Below are positions 28,311 through 37,175 of a DNA stretch of 64,000 nt, one piece after another. Position numbers and translations under genes: made by a program. The DNA comes from an uncultured Muribaculaceae bacterium (lineage in GTDB: Bacteria > Cyanobacteriota > Vampirovibrionia > Gastranaerophilales > Gastranaerophilaceae), in assembly GCA_964446855.1 (NCBI GenBank), contig CAYUQM010000001.1:8507-72506 (forward strand). The letters are read 5' to 3'. How positions within the stretch are numbered: the first letter of the stretch is position 1; each line of letters begins with the position of its first letter. The notes below the pieces were generated by a model. It did no database searches. It was not told the origin of the DNA and was given only the letters and a program-made list of their open reading frames with translations.

Positions 28311-28865
28311 ATGCAAACAAAATTAATAGAAAAAGAAATTAAATACGAAGGCTTTCAACTTGCTCCACACTGGATTTATAAGAACTTTAAAATTCAGGGG
28401 GATGCTATTGTTGCTTTTGCAGGTGAGTGTGATGTTAAATTGGAAGAAATGGTTGATATTGAAGATGTCATCAATAATGAACCAATTTACAGCAAATTAA
28501 TGTTAAGCTTTATTTCAGAACAGTTCAATATCGGGCTTGTGGAAGGTGTTTTCAGGCAACGGCTTTTAATATGTATAATAAAAGAAGCTCTTGAGAGACG
28601 TGGTATCAAACCTGTCAGAAGCGGTGATGATTTGTATGTGGGAAATAAGAAATTGACGGTTTCTATTGCGACAAAATCCGCAACCTCTGTATTAATACAT
28701 ACAGGTATCAATATAATATCAGACGGAGCTCCTATAGAGGCGTGCGGACTTGAGACTGATTTAGGGCTTACTGATATTGAAGATTTTGCCTACGAAATTC
28801 TAAGAAATTATGCAGATGAAATTAAAGACATTGTACAGGCAAGTACAAAGGTTAGAGGTGTATAG
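28311..28865 (+). CDS. DUF366-family protein (mostly archaeal family; function unknown)
   Basis: About 184 aa with GDAIVAFAGECDV...MVDIEDV, FRQRLLICIIKE, GDDLYV...KLTVSIAT and IHTGINI. These match my recollection of DUF366. Not verified by HMM. Confidence 0.5.
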   Translation: MQTKLIEKEIKYEGFQLAPHWIYKNFKIQGDAIVAFAGECDVKLEEMVDIEDVINNEPIYSKLMLSFISEQFNIGLVEGVFRQRLLICIIKEALERRGIKPVRSGDDLYVGNKKLTVSIATKSATSVLIHTGINIISDGAPIEACGLETDLGLTDIEDFAYEILRNYADEIKDIVQASTKVRGV

Positions 28866-28866
28866 G

Positions 28867-29565
28867 ATGAGAATAGAAAATAAATCAAAAAAATCATCAC
28901 AAAAAAAATCTAAGGAAAATAAAACCCAATTTACTAAAACCAAAAAACAAACAGTTTTAATGTTTATTTCTATATTCTTTGTACTGCTTTTAATATTCCT
29001 TGGATTTGCAAGACTAATGTCGCCTGATGTGGATATTTCAATTGGTGAAGATTACAACGCTTCGGAAATTAACAATTCTGAAGATTATAACCGTACAGGA
29101 AACGTTGATGACAGATTGAAGGCTTTACAGGAAGAAGATGAATCTTCTATAGAAGCAAGAACTGAAGAGGATGGATTGGTTAAAATCCCTGAACATAAAA
29201 AAGTTGCTGCAGAAGAAGATAAAAAAGAAGACTCAATTAAGACGGAAGAAGAAAGTGTTAAGAAAGCTCCTCAATCTGAAACTGCAATTCGTCCGGCTAT
29301 CCCGGATCCCGCGCCTGTACCGCAGCCAACTAACTCAATTACAGCACGTGTAGTTGTTGGTTCTTACGCTACTCAAGCGCAAGCAGAAGTTGCAAAAGGA
29401 ATTTTGCAGGAATCAGGACTTGGAGTTATCCCGCATATACGCCAGCTTGGAGGCGCTTATACATTGCAAGTCGGAGCTTACAGCTCAAAAGATGCGGCTA
29501 ACAACCTTGCAAATAAATTATTAATGAATAATTATCCTGCCAGAGTAATTGTCGAAAACAATTAA
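28867..29565 (+). CDS. SPOR-domain protein (septal peptidoglycan binding), N-terminal TM anchor
   Basis: ATG at 28867, 1 nt after the upstream stop. TM helix, then an acidic/proline linker. C-terminal VVVGSYATQAQAEVAKGIL...YTLQVGAYSSKDAANNLANKL. Confidence 0.75.
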   Translation: MRIENKSKKSSQKKSKENKTQFTKTKKQTVLMFISIFFVLLLIFLGFARLMSPDVDISIGEDYNASEINNSEDYNRTGNVDDRLKALQEEDESSIEARTEEDGLVKIPEHKKVAAEEDKKEDSIKTEEESVKKAPQSETAIRPAIPDPAPVPQPTNSITARVVVGSYATQAQAEVAKGILQESGLGVIPHIRQLGGAYTLQVGAYSSKDAANNLANKLLMNNYPARVIVENN

Positions 29566-29627
29566 TTGCACCCTGTGCACATTTGTGCTACAGTTTAAAC
29601 AGAATTATCTTAGAATAAGGAGAAGCA

Positions 29628-31070
29628 ATGGAAAATTTAAGAGATAAGTATGAAGTAGTTATCGGCTTGGAAGTTCATGCCCAGTTGAAAACTAAATCAA
29701 AAATATTTGCACCGGACGGTACTGAATTTGGTATGGAACCGAATACTCAGACTTGCCCTATAACATTAGGGATGCCGGGGGTTTTGCCTGTCTTGAACAA
29801 AGAAGCTGTTAATATGGGAATTTTAACAGGGCTTGCGCTTAATTGCGAAATTCCTGCAAGATGTAAATTTGACAGAAAACAATATTTTTATCCTGATTTG
29901 CCGAAAGGTTATCAGATTTCTCAATATGACGAGCCTATTTGCCTTGGCGGTCACTTAAATATCAACGGTAAAAGAATAGGGATTACACGTGCGCACCTTG
30001 AAGAAGACGCAGGGAAACTTGTTCACGCAGGCGCTGACGGGTTGGCAGGTTCAAGCTACTCTCTTGTTGACTTAAACCGTGCAGGGACTCCGCTGCTTGA
30101 AATAGTTTCAGAACCAGATATGAGAAGTTCTGACGAAGCAAGAGCTTATATGGAAGAATTAAGAAATATTGTTCGTTATATCGGCGTTTGCGATGGTAAC
30201 CTAGAAGAAGGTTCTATGAGATGCGACGCAAACATTTCTATTATGCCTAAAGGTTCTAAGGAATTCGGCACACGTGCGGAAATTAAAAATGTAAACAGTT
30301 TCTCAGCACTTCAAAGAGCTATCGAATACGAAATTGACAGACAAATTGAAATCGTCGAAGAAGGCGGGCAAGTTGTTCAAGAAACAAGACTTTGGGATGA
30401 CAACGCAAGAGAAACTCGTTCTATGAGAGGTAAAGAAGATGCTCACGATTACAGATATTTCCCTGAGCCTGACTTGATGCCGCTCGAAATTTCAAGAGAA
30501 TGGGTAGAAGAAATAAGAGCTAAGATGCCTGAACTCCCTTCTCAAAAAAGAGAAAGATATCAAAGCTTGGGCTTAAGCGAATATGACGCAAATGTTATCG
30601 TTGAACAAATGAGCCTTGCATTATTCTTCGATGAAGTATTAAAACTCGGCGCTACTCCAAAAATTGCCGTAAACTTCATTATGGGCGAAATTGCAGCTTA
30701 CTTGAAAGAAGAAAAACTTGATATTAATGAAACAAAATTAACTCCTGAAAATCTTGCGGAATTAATTTCATTAATCGAAAAAAATACAATTTCTAACAAC
30801 ATCGGTAAACAAATTATTGTTGATATGTTGAAAGATGGTACAAAAGCCTCTGAAATCGTTGAAAAGAAAGGTTTAAGCCAGATTACTGACACATCCGCAA
30901 TCAAAGAGATTTGTCAAAAGATTGTTGACGCTAATCCAAATCAAGTTAGCGCTTACCAAGGCGGAAAAGTTCAACTGTTCGGCTTCTTCGTTGGTCAGGT
31001 AATGAAAGAAACTAAAGGCAGAGCTAACCCGAAAGTTGTTAATGACTTGTTAAAAGAAATTCTAGGTTAA
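29628..31070 (+). CDS. gatB: Asp/Glu-tRNA(Asn/Gln) amidotransferase subunit B
   Basis: YEVVIGLEVHAQL, DLNRAGTPLLEIVSEPD, MRCDANIS, and a YqeY-like C-terminal tail. Confidence 0.95.
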   Translation: MENLRDKYEVVIGLEVHAQLKTKSKIFAPDGTEFGMEPNTQTCPITLGMPGVLPVLNKEAVNMGILTGLALNCEIPARCKFDRKQYFYPDLPKGYQISQYDEPICLGGHLNINGKRIGITRAHLEEDAGKLVHAGADGLAGSSYSLVDLNRAGTPLLEIVSEPDMRSSDEARAYMEELRNIVRYIGVCDGNLEEGSMRCDANISIMPKGSKEFGTRAEIKNVNSFSALQRAIEYEIDRQIEIVEEGGQVVQETRLWDDNARETRSMRGKEDAHDYRYFPEPDLMPLEISREWVEEIRAKMPELPSQKRERYQSLGLSEYDANVIVEQMSLALFFDEVLKLGATPKIAVNFIMGEIAAYLKEEKLDINETKLTPENLAELISLIEKNTISNNIGKQIIVDMLKDGTKASEIVEKKGLSQITDTSAIKEICQKIVDANPNQVSAYQGGKVQLFGFFVGQVMKETKGRANPKVVNDLLKEILG

Positions 31071-31081
31071 AAACAGAACAT

Positions 31082-31127
31082 GTCCTCCCCTTGTGGGAGG
31101 ACCGAAATCTTTGATTTCGAGGAGGGG
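31082..31127. repeat. Solo copy of the DUF559-cassette terminal repeat (same orientation as the right arm)
   Basis: TCCTCC-ccttgtg-GGAGGA, then CCGAAATC-ttt-GATTTCGAGG. The core ACCGAAATCTTTGATTTCGAGG is identical to 1361-1382. Confidence 0.8.
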
Positions 31128-31136
31128 TTACCTTAT

Positions 31137-32177
31137 ATGAAATCCAGTATGGAGCAGGAAATTTTTGAACAGCCTGAAATCCTAAAAAATCTGTTCGAAA
31201 CGCACGTAAACAAAAATAATTATATTCAGTTTGATATCCCGACAGATATAGAGAAGATTGTCTTTGTCGCAAGCGGTTCGTCATACCATTGCGCAAGATA
31301 TGGTGCTGACCTTTTCGGAAACATTGCAAACATAGAGGCCCGCGCGATTTATTCAAGCGAATTTCTTCTAAAAGCTGCGGTTCCGCATGAACAGAACATT
31401 TTATATGTATTTATTACCCAATCAGGTGAAACATCCGACACAAACCAAGCTTTAAACAGAGCAAAAGAGTTTGGAATGAGAACCCTTTGCATTACAAACA
31501 AAAAAGGGTCTACCATCTGGAAAGCAGCAGATTTCAAAATTGATTGCTGTGCAGGGGAGGAAAAAAGTATTGCGGCGACAAAATCATTAACAACGCAAAT
31601 GATGTGTACAACTTTGCTTGTATTAAAATATGCAGCCCATAAAGGTATTGATATTTTGCCATACTTAAATGAGCTAAAAACTCTTTCCGATAAGATTACG
31701 GAAACTTTTAGCCTGCATGACAAAATCAAAGAAATTGCAAAGGCACTATCCGAATATAAAATTATAGTAGTAACGGCGGACGGGATATCTTATGCTATTG
31801 CAAAAGAAGCTTCTCTAAAAATAAAAGAAACTTCTTATATTTGTACACTATCCAGTATTTTAGGCGAATTTATGCATGGGCACGTTGCGGTATTTAATAA
31901 CAAATCAGCACAAATTCATATATCAGTGGACAAACTTAGCAAAACCGCAGAGAAAAACCTCTTAAAAATCAAAGAAGATTACAATATTCCGCTTTGTGTT
32001 ATAGGAAACACAACAGATAAATTACAAGCAGAATGGAATGTTGATATAGAGAGTAACAGCGAAATAATCAAGTCTTTCTGTCTGGTTGTGATAAGCCAGC
32101 TTCTTGCACTTGAAACAGCCCAAGCTTTAAACAGAAACGTCGACAAACCTCACGGATTACACAAAGTTGTAAAGTAG
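31137..32177 (+). CDS. Tandem SIS-domain sugar-phosphate isomerase/aminotransferase (GlmS isomerase-half-like; no glutaminase domain)
   Basis: MEQEIFEQPEIL, VASGSSYHCARYG, ITQSGETSDT, and a second SIS repeat. ATG 31137 lies 11 nt after a GGAGG located inside the repeat. The ORF-track start at 31080 reads through the repeat. Confidence 0.75.
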   Translation: MKSSMEQEIFEQPEILKNLFETHVNKNNYIQFDIPTDIEKIVFVASGSSYHCARYGADLFGNIANIEARAIYSSEFLLKAAVPHEQNILYVFITQSGETSDTNQALNRAKEFGMRTLCITNKKGSTIWKAADFKIDCCAGEEKSIAATKSLTTQMMCTTLLVLKYAAHKGIDILPYLNELKTLSDKITETFSLHDKIKEIAKALSEYKIIVVTADGISYAIAKEASLKIKETSYICTLSSILGEFMHGHVAVFNNKSAQIHISVDKLSKTAEKNLLKIKEDYNIPLCVIGNTTDKLQAEWNVDIESNSEIIKSFCLVVISQLLALETAQALNRNVDKPHGLHKVVK

Positions 32178-32264
32178 AGGAATTTTACTTACCTTAACAT
32201 ATTAGCAAATATTATATTAGCGCAGACTTTATATAAATATGTGTAGGAAAAGAAGGTAGTTTTA

Positions 32265-33032
32265 ATGTCAATTTCAAAAATTAGTTTCACTGCAGAAAAT
32301 AGTCTGCTTAATAAAATGTATAACAATGTTTCTCAGCAGGCACCTGTTACAACAACACCAACAAATGTAACTGAAGAAACCGCAGAAAAGCCCAAAAGTC
32401 ATAAGGTTAGAAACTGGTCTATCGGTTTGAGTTCTGCTGCCGTACTAATTAGTATTGGAGTTCTAGGACGTAAAGGTAAGCTTGGCGAAGGTGTCCAAAA
32501 ATTTCTCGGCGGGGTAAAAAAGAACACTTCAGACCTTGCCGAAGAACTGGAAACAAAAGGTGAAGAGCTTGTCGAGGGTAAAAAACCTGAAATCAAACCA
32601 GAAACACCGGCGAAACCTCAAACCGGTGAGAGTATCCGAATTAACGGAAAACTTTCAAAAGCTGAAATTGACAAAATCAATGCAGGATTAGACAGAACAA
32701 TCCCGCAAATTGATGAAAATAGGTTTACAATAGAACTCTCTGAAAAAATAACCCAAAATCAAAAAGGAGTGTTTGTTCTAGACATAAATGACTTAAAATA
32801 TGCCTATACTCAAGATGGTAAATTATCCCAGATTTGGGACTTCTCTTCTATTGATGGAACTCAAAAAGTGATTATAATAGATAACAAAAAGGTTGTAACA
32901 ATCGAATACTTAAATAAAGATCATGATTTTAGAAAAACAGAAAAATTTATTGACGGAAAACTTGCCGTAGAAACATTTTTCCATGGCGCAGACGGCAAAT
33001 GTAAAACCGAAGTTATCCATGAGTTGGGTTAA
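32265..33032 (+). CDS. Hypothetical protein (255 aa) with one TM helix
   Basis: ORF only. No family recognised. Confidence 0.5.
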   Translation: MSISKISFTAENSLLNKMYNNVSQQAPVTTTPTNVTEETAEKPKSHKVRNWSIGLSSAAVLISIGVLGRKGKLGEGVQKFLGGVKKNTSDLAEELETKGEELVEGKKPEIKPETPAKPQTGESIRINGKLSKAEIDKINAGLDRTIPQIDENRFTIELSEKITQNQKGVFVLDINDLKYAYTQDGKLSQIWDFSSIDGTQKVIIIDNKKVVTIEYLNKDHDFRKTEKFIDGKLAVETFFHGADGKCKTEVIHELG

Positions 33033-33040
33033 AATATTAC

Positions 33041-33108
33041 GTCATCCTGAAAGACCTGAAAAATCCTTTGAGCATAGCGAAAAGTGATTTTTGGGATGTT
33101 CAGGATCT
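33041..33108. repeat. REP-like nested imperfect palindrome
   Basis: gtcATCCTGAAagacctgAAAAATC...GATTTTTgggatgTTCAGGATc. Located directly downstream of a stop codon. Confidence 0.6.
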
Positions 33109-33241
33109 ATCAATGCTGGTGTATATACATTAAATGGACAAACCCAGTGTGGAAACAAGACATTTTGCACGAAAACAAGTTTTCGAGCAGTCAAATAAAT
33201 TCAGAGTGACGTGATAAGTGTCATGCTAAGCATTGTACCAA

Positions 33242-34276
33242 TTAAAACTGTTTTAAAAACCTTACGTCATCATTAAAGAATAAGCGAATGTCGTCGATTG
33301 CGTATTTCAGCATTGCAAGACGTTCAATCCCCATACCAAAAGCAAAGCCCGAATATACTTCAGGGTCAATACCGACTCCGCGAAGCACATTAGGGTCAAC
33401 CATACCACAGCCTAAAACTTCAAGCCAGCCTGTACCCGAACAAGTCCTGCAACCTTTACCCTGACACATAATGCACTGAACATCAACTTCCGCAGAAGGT
33501 TCGGTGAACGGGAAGAAACTGTTTCTAAACCTTGTTGGACGGCTTGCACCAAAATAAATTCTGATAAACTCGTTAAGAACACCCTTCAAGTCGCCGAAAG
33601 TAATATCTTTATCCACGTACAAACCTTCAATTTGATGGAAGAAATTATTTTTACGAGCGTTAATATTTTCGTTTCTGTAAACCCTACCCGGAGAAATAAC
33701 CCTGATAGGAGGTTTCTGCTCTTCCATTACGTGAATTTGCGCACCTGAAGTCTGGCTTCTTAAAACAACGTTCGGTGCTAAATTTGTAAAGAAAGTATCC
33801 TGAACATCACGCGCAGGATGATCTTTTGGGATATTTAGCATATCAAAGTTAAAGTATTCTGTTTCAACTTCAGGGGAATGCTTACTATCAATAAGAGAAA
33901 AGCCCAAACTCTGGAAAATAGACACAATTTCGTTAGTAGTTGATGTAATAGGGTGAACTTTCCCGCGTGGAACAAATTTTCCCGGAAGAGTAACATCAAT
34001 CTTTTCTTTCGCAAGTTTTTCATCTAATTCTTTTTTATAAAACTCGTCATGTTTTAAACGAATAGAGGACTCAAGCTTCTGTGTAATTTCGTTAGCAAGT
34101 GCACCTACCACTCTTTTATCTGCATCAGAAAGGTTTTTAAGGTTTTTCTTAATCTCGTTAAACTCACCTTTACGGCTCAAATATTTACCTCTAAGCTCTT
34201 CCAAGTCGCTGATAGAAGCAGCTTTTTCCAAATCACACATTGCATCTGAATAAATTTTTTCCAGTTGTTCTTTCAT
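33242..34276 (-). CDS. pheS: Phenylalanine--tRNA ligase alpha subunit
   Basis: HPARDVQDTFF, FRNE, FPFTEPSAEVDV, GMGIERLAMLKY. Confidence 0.95.
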   Translation of the reverse strand: MKEQLEKIYSDAMCDLEKAASISDLEELRGKYLSRKGEFNEIKKNLKNLSDADKRVVGALANEITQKLESSIRLKHDEFYKKELDEKLAKEKIDVTLPGKFVPRGKVHPITSTTNEIVSIFQSLGFSLIDSKHSPEVETEYFNFDMLNIPKDHPARDVQDTFFTNLAPNVVLRSQTSGAQIHVMEEQKPPIRVISPGRVYRNENINARKNNFFHQIEGLYVDKDITFGDLKGVLNEFIRIYFGASRPTRFRNSFFPFTEPSAEVDVQCIMCQGKGCRTCSGTGWLEVLGCGMVDPNVLRGVGIDPEVYSGFAFGMGIERLAMLKYAIDDIRLFFNDDVRFLKQF

Positions 34277-34289
34277 CTTTATTCCTCTT

Positions 34290-34910
34290 TTATCTGTTTA
34301 TTTCATTATGAAGTTTTTCGTGACCTATTGTTGAACTTGCGCCGTGCCCCGGATAAACAACAACAGAGTCATTAAGTTTAAATAGAATTTCTTTAAGGCT
34401 ATACTTAATCTTAGAGAAATCACCGCCGAACAAGTCTGTTCTGCCGTAGCAATCTCTAAACAAAGTATCACCCGAAAATAAATTATTTTCAATCAGGTAG
34501 CAGACACCGCCTTCGGTATGCCCTGAGGTATGAATAACCTTTATTTTAATATCACCGATATTAAGCTCCTGTCCATCTTCCACATTCAAATCGTATTGCG
34601 GAATTTCTTGAGGCGGCATTGCAAAAAATCTACCAAACTCATTGATATTATCAAGCATAACAACGTCATCTTTATGAATTGCAGCCTGAGCACCAGTCGC
34701 CTTTTTAGTTTCGTTCAACCCGAGTACGTGGTCAAAATGTCCATGGGTCAAAAGAATATATTTTAGTTTCAAACCATTTTCTTTAATATCGCTTATTATG
34801 GTTTCCTCATAATCAGAACAATCAATTAAGACCGCCTCTTTGGATTTTTCATCCCAAATAAGATAGTTATTAGCATCAATCGGACCTGATATATAGGTTT
34901 TCATCATCAT
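34290..34910 (-). CDS. MBL-fold metallo-hydrolase
   Basis: LLTHGHFDH (HxHxDH), HTSGHTEG, GDTLF. Confidence 0.85.
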   Translation of the reverse strand: MMMKTYISGPIDANNYLIWDEKSKEAVLIDCSDYEETIISDIKENGLKLKYILLTHGHFDHVLGLNETKKATGAQAAIHKDDVVMLDNINEFGRFFAMPPQEIPQYDLNVEDGQELNIGDIKIKVIHTSGHTEGGVCYLIENNLFSGDTLFRDCYGRTDLFGGDFSKIKYSLKEILFKLNDSVVVYPGHGASSTIGHEKLHNEINR

Positions 34911-34913
34911 AAT

Positions 34914-35729
34914 TTATTTTCTCACCAATTCAAAAATATCACGGCAAATTCTGAACAATTCTTCCGCATCGTCCAATGAAACCATGTTCGGACCGTCGCA
35001 AAGCGCATTGTCAGGGTCAGGGTGAACCTCAAAGAACAAGACATTTGCTCCAGCCGCAACAGCAGCCTTAGCAAGTACAGGAACAAATCTTCTGTCACCG
35101 CCGGAACAAGTTCCGTTAGCCCCCGGAAGTTGTACGCTGTGAGTTGCATCAAAAACAATAGGATAATCAAATGATTGCATAATCGGAATTCCTCTGAAAT
35201 CCACAACCAGATTATTATATCCGAATGAAGTTCCTCTGTCTGTCAGCAAAATATTATGATTTCCGGCATCCTCAACTTTTTTAACAAGGGTTCCCATCTG
35301 TTCAGGTGCGAGGAACTGACCTTTTTTAATATTAATTATCTTACCTGTTTTTGCAGCCGCAACAAGCAAATCGGTTTGTCTGCACAAAAACGCAGGGATT
35401 TGCACAATGTCCGCAACCTTTGCAACAGGCTCAGCCTGATCAGGAGTATGGATATCGGTTACAATCGGAACATTATATTTATCCTTAATCTCTTGAAGCA
35501 TTTCAAGCCCTTTTTTCATCCCCGGACCTCTATAAGAAGTTATTGAAGAACGGTTCGCCTTATCAAAAGAAGACTTGAATACAAAGTTTATACCTAGTTT
35601 ATCTGTAATTTCTTTTAACTTTTTAGCGGTAATATCGAGAATTTCAGGACTTTCAGCCGCACAAGGCCCTGCCAGAATAGTCAACTTATCTCCGCCAATT
35701 TCGAAATTTCCTAATTTTATTTTTTTCAT
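34914..35729 (-). CDS. kdsA: 3-deoxy-8-phosphooctulonate (KDO-8-P) synthase
   Basis: ILAGPCAAES, FKSSFDKANRSS, QIPAFLCRQTDLL, FDATHSVQLPG. Confidence 0.93.
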   Translation of the reverse strand: MKKIKLGNFEIGGDKLTILAGPCAAESPEILDITAKKLKEITDKLGINFVFKSSFDKANRSSITSYRGPGMKKGLEMLQEIKDKYNVPIVTDIHTPDQAEPVAKVADIVQIPAFLCRQTDLLVAAAKTGKIINIKKGQFLAPEQMGTLVKKVEDAGNHNILLTDRGTSFGYNNLVVDFRGIPIMQSFDYPIVFDATHSVQLPGANGTCSGGDRRFVPVLAKAAVAAGANVLFFEVHPDPDNALCDGPNMVSLDDAEELFRICRDIFELVRK

Positions 35730-35873
35730 AATTAATTTCCCTAATATAAATCTCTCTTACGATATGTAAATTATATTTAAAACACAGGATAATTACAAGC
35801 GGTTAAACCGAAAGGGGGTTGGAAATTTACAAATAAAATTTTATTATAATGCCATGAATAAAAGGAGACAATT

Positions 35874-36209
35874 ATGTTCTTAAAAATACTTTTAAAATGG
35901 ATTGCATTTGCACTGATTATTATGTTTGTAGCCTGGATTATTCCCGGAATTCAGATTGAAAACTTCTGGACAGCAATGGTTGCCGCAGTCGTTATTGGGT
36001 TAATTAATGCTGTCATAAAACCCGTTCTTATGTTTTTAACTCTTCCGATAAATATATTAACTCTCGGGATTTTCACGCTTGTAATTAATGCTCTGTTATT
36101 TATGTTCGCAGGTTACTTGGTTCCCGGTGTTGAAATTAGCGGATTCTTAAGTGCATTTTTAGGTTCTTTATTGTTATCAATTCTGTCAGTCGCAATAGCT
36201 TGGCTATAA
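35874..36209 (+). CDS. Small 4-TM membrane protein, DUF360 / phage-holin-4_2 (YvlD-like) family
   Basis: 111 aa with LINAVIKPVLMFLTLPINILTLGIFTLVINALLF, typical of this family. Identified from memory. Confidence 0.65.
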   Translation: MFLKILLKWIAFALIIMFVAWIIPGIQIENFWTAMVAAVVIGLINAVIKPVLMFLTLPINILTLGIFTLVINALLFMFAGYLVPGVEISGFLSAFLGSLLLSILSVAIAWL

Positions 36210-37090
36210 TCAATCTTTGATAGAATAACCGCAAAAATCATAAAAAAGCATCCTAAAAGTTCCCTTTCTGTCATCGTTTCGCCTAATAAAAGCATTCCTC
36301 CGAGTACCGCAAACAGGGACTCAAGCGAAAGTAATAATGAAGCAATTACAGGAGGGGTATACTTTTGTCCAAAAATTTGGAGAGTAAAGGCTACTCCGCA
36401 GGTCAAAACTCCGGCATACAATAATGGAACACGGCATGCATAAATATCGTTTGCAGCAGGAGTTTCGAAAAGGAGCATCAAGACGGAAGACAATGCACTG
36501 ACTACAAAAAACTGTACGCAAGATAACTTTGCAGGGTTAGTTTTCGTGGTAAAATAATCTATTACGAGAATATGCACTCCGTAAAGCACCGCAGAAATCA
36601 AAAGCCCCACGTCGTAAATATTAAACTCATAGGAGCCCGCCTTAAAGCATAAGAGGTACAAACCGGCTATTGCAATAAAAATACTAATAACCACATTTTT
36701 CTTTAATTTTTGTCCGAGAAAAACTGCAATAAGCGGAACAAAAATTAAATATAGTGATGAAATAAAACCACCTTTTCCTGCTGTGACATATTTCATACAA
36801 ATTTGCTGTATTGACATTGCTAAAAACAAAACCGTACCACAGCAAAGTCCGCCCTTAAACAGTTCTACATGTTGATTATGCTTTTCTTCCGGAGTTCTTA
36901 TTTCTTTTGAAATATATTTTATCAAGCCGATAACAGGAAGAAGGCTTAATGCGCCTAAAAAACTTCTGACTGCGTTAAACGTAAAAGGTTCGACGTATTC
37001 CATTCCTGCACGCTGAGCTACGAACGAAATCCCCCAGATTAATCCGGTCAACAACAATGCAATATTTGCTGTAAATTTAATCTTTTTCAT
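36113..37090 (-). CDS. DMT-superfamily (EamA) transporter
   Basis: 10-TM duplicated EamA architecture. The last ~32 codons overlap the convergent gene 35874-36209. Confidence 0.8.
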   Translation of the reverse strand: MKKIKFTANIALLLTGLIWGISFVAQRAGMEYVEPFTFNAVRSFLGALSLLPVIGLIKYISKEIRTPEEKHNQHVELFKGGLCCGTVLFLAMSIQQICMKYVTAGKGGFISSLYLIFVPLIAVFLGQKLKKNVVISIFIAIAGLYLLCFKAGSYEFNIYDVGLLISAVLYGVHILVIDYFTTKTNPAKLSCVQFFVVSALSSVLMLLFETPAANDIYACRVPLLYAGVLTCGVAFTLQIFGQKYTPPVIASLLLSLESLFAVLGGMLLLGETMTERELLGCFFMIFAVILSKIDYSQAIATDRIDNNKEPKNALKNPLISTPGTK

Positions 37091-37175
37091 TATTCCCCAA
37101 CCTTTTACAGTATTATATATTTTTTTATAAGAATAATCAAATCGCGGATAGTTTTAACTATCCGCGACAACAAGA

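Noticed and set aside
31039-31356. 105-aa minus-strand ORF, and the plus-strand N-terminal extension (31080-31136, MSSPCGRTEIFDFEEG...) across the solo repeat
   Set aside because: - Both are created by reading through the hairpin repeat.
- The minus ORF is antisense to the well-supported SIS gene and gatB end.
- The ATG at 31080 has no SD, whereas 31137 does.
- The in-frame reading of the repeat is noted but not called as coding.
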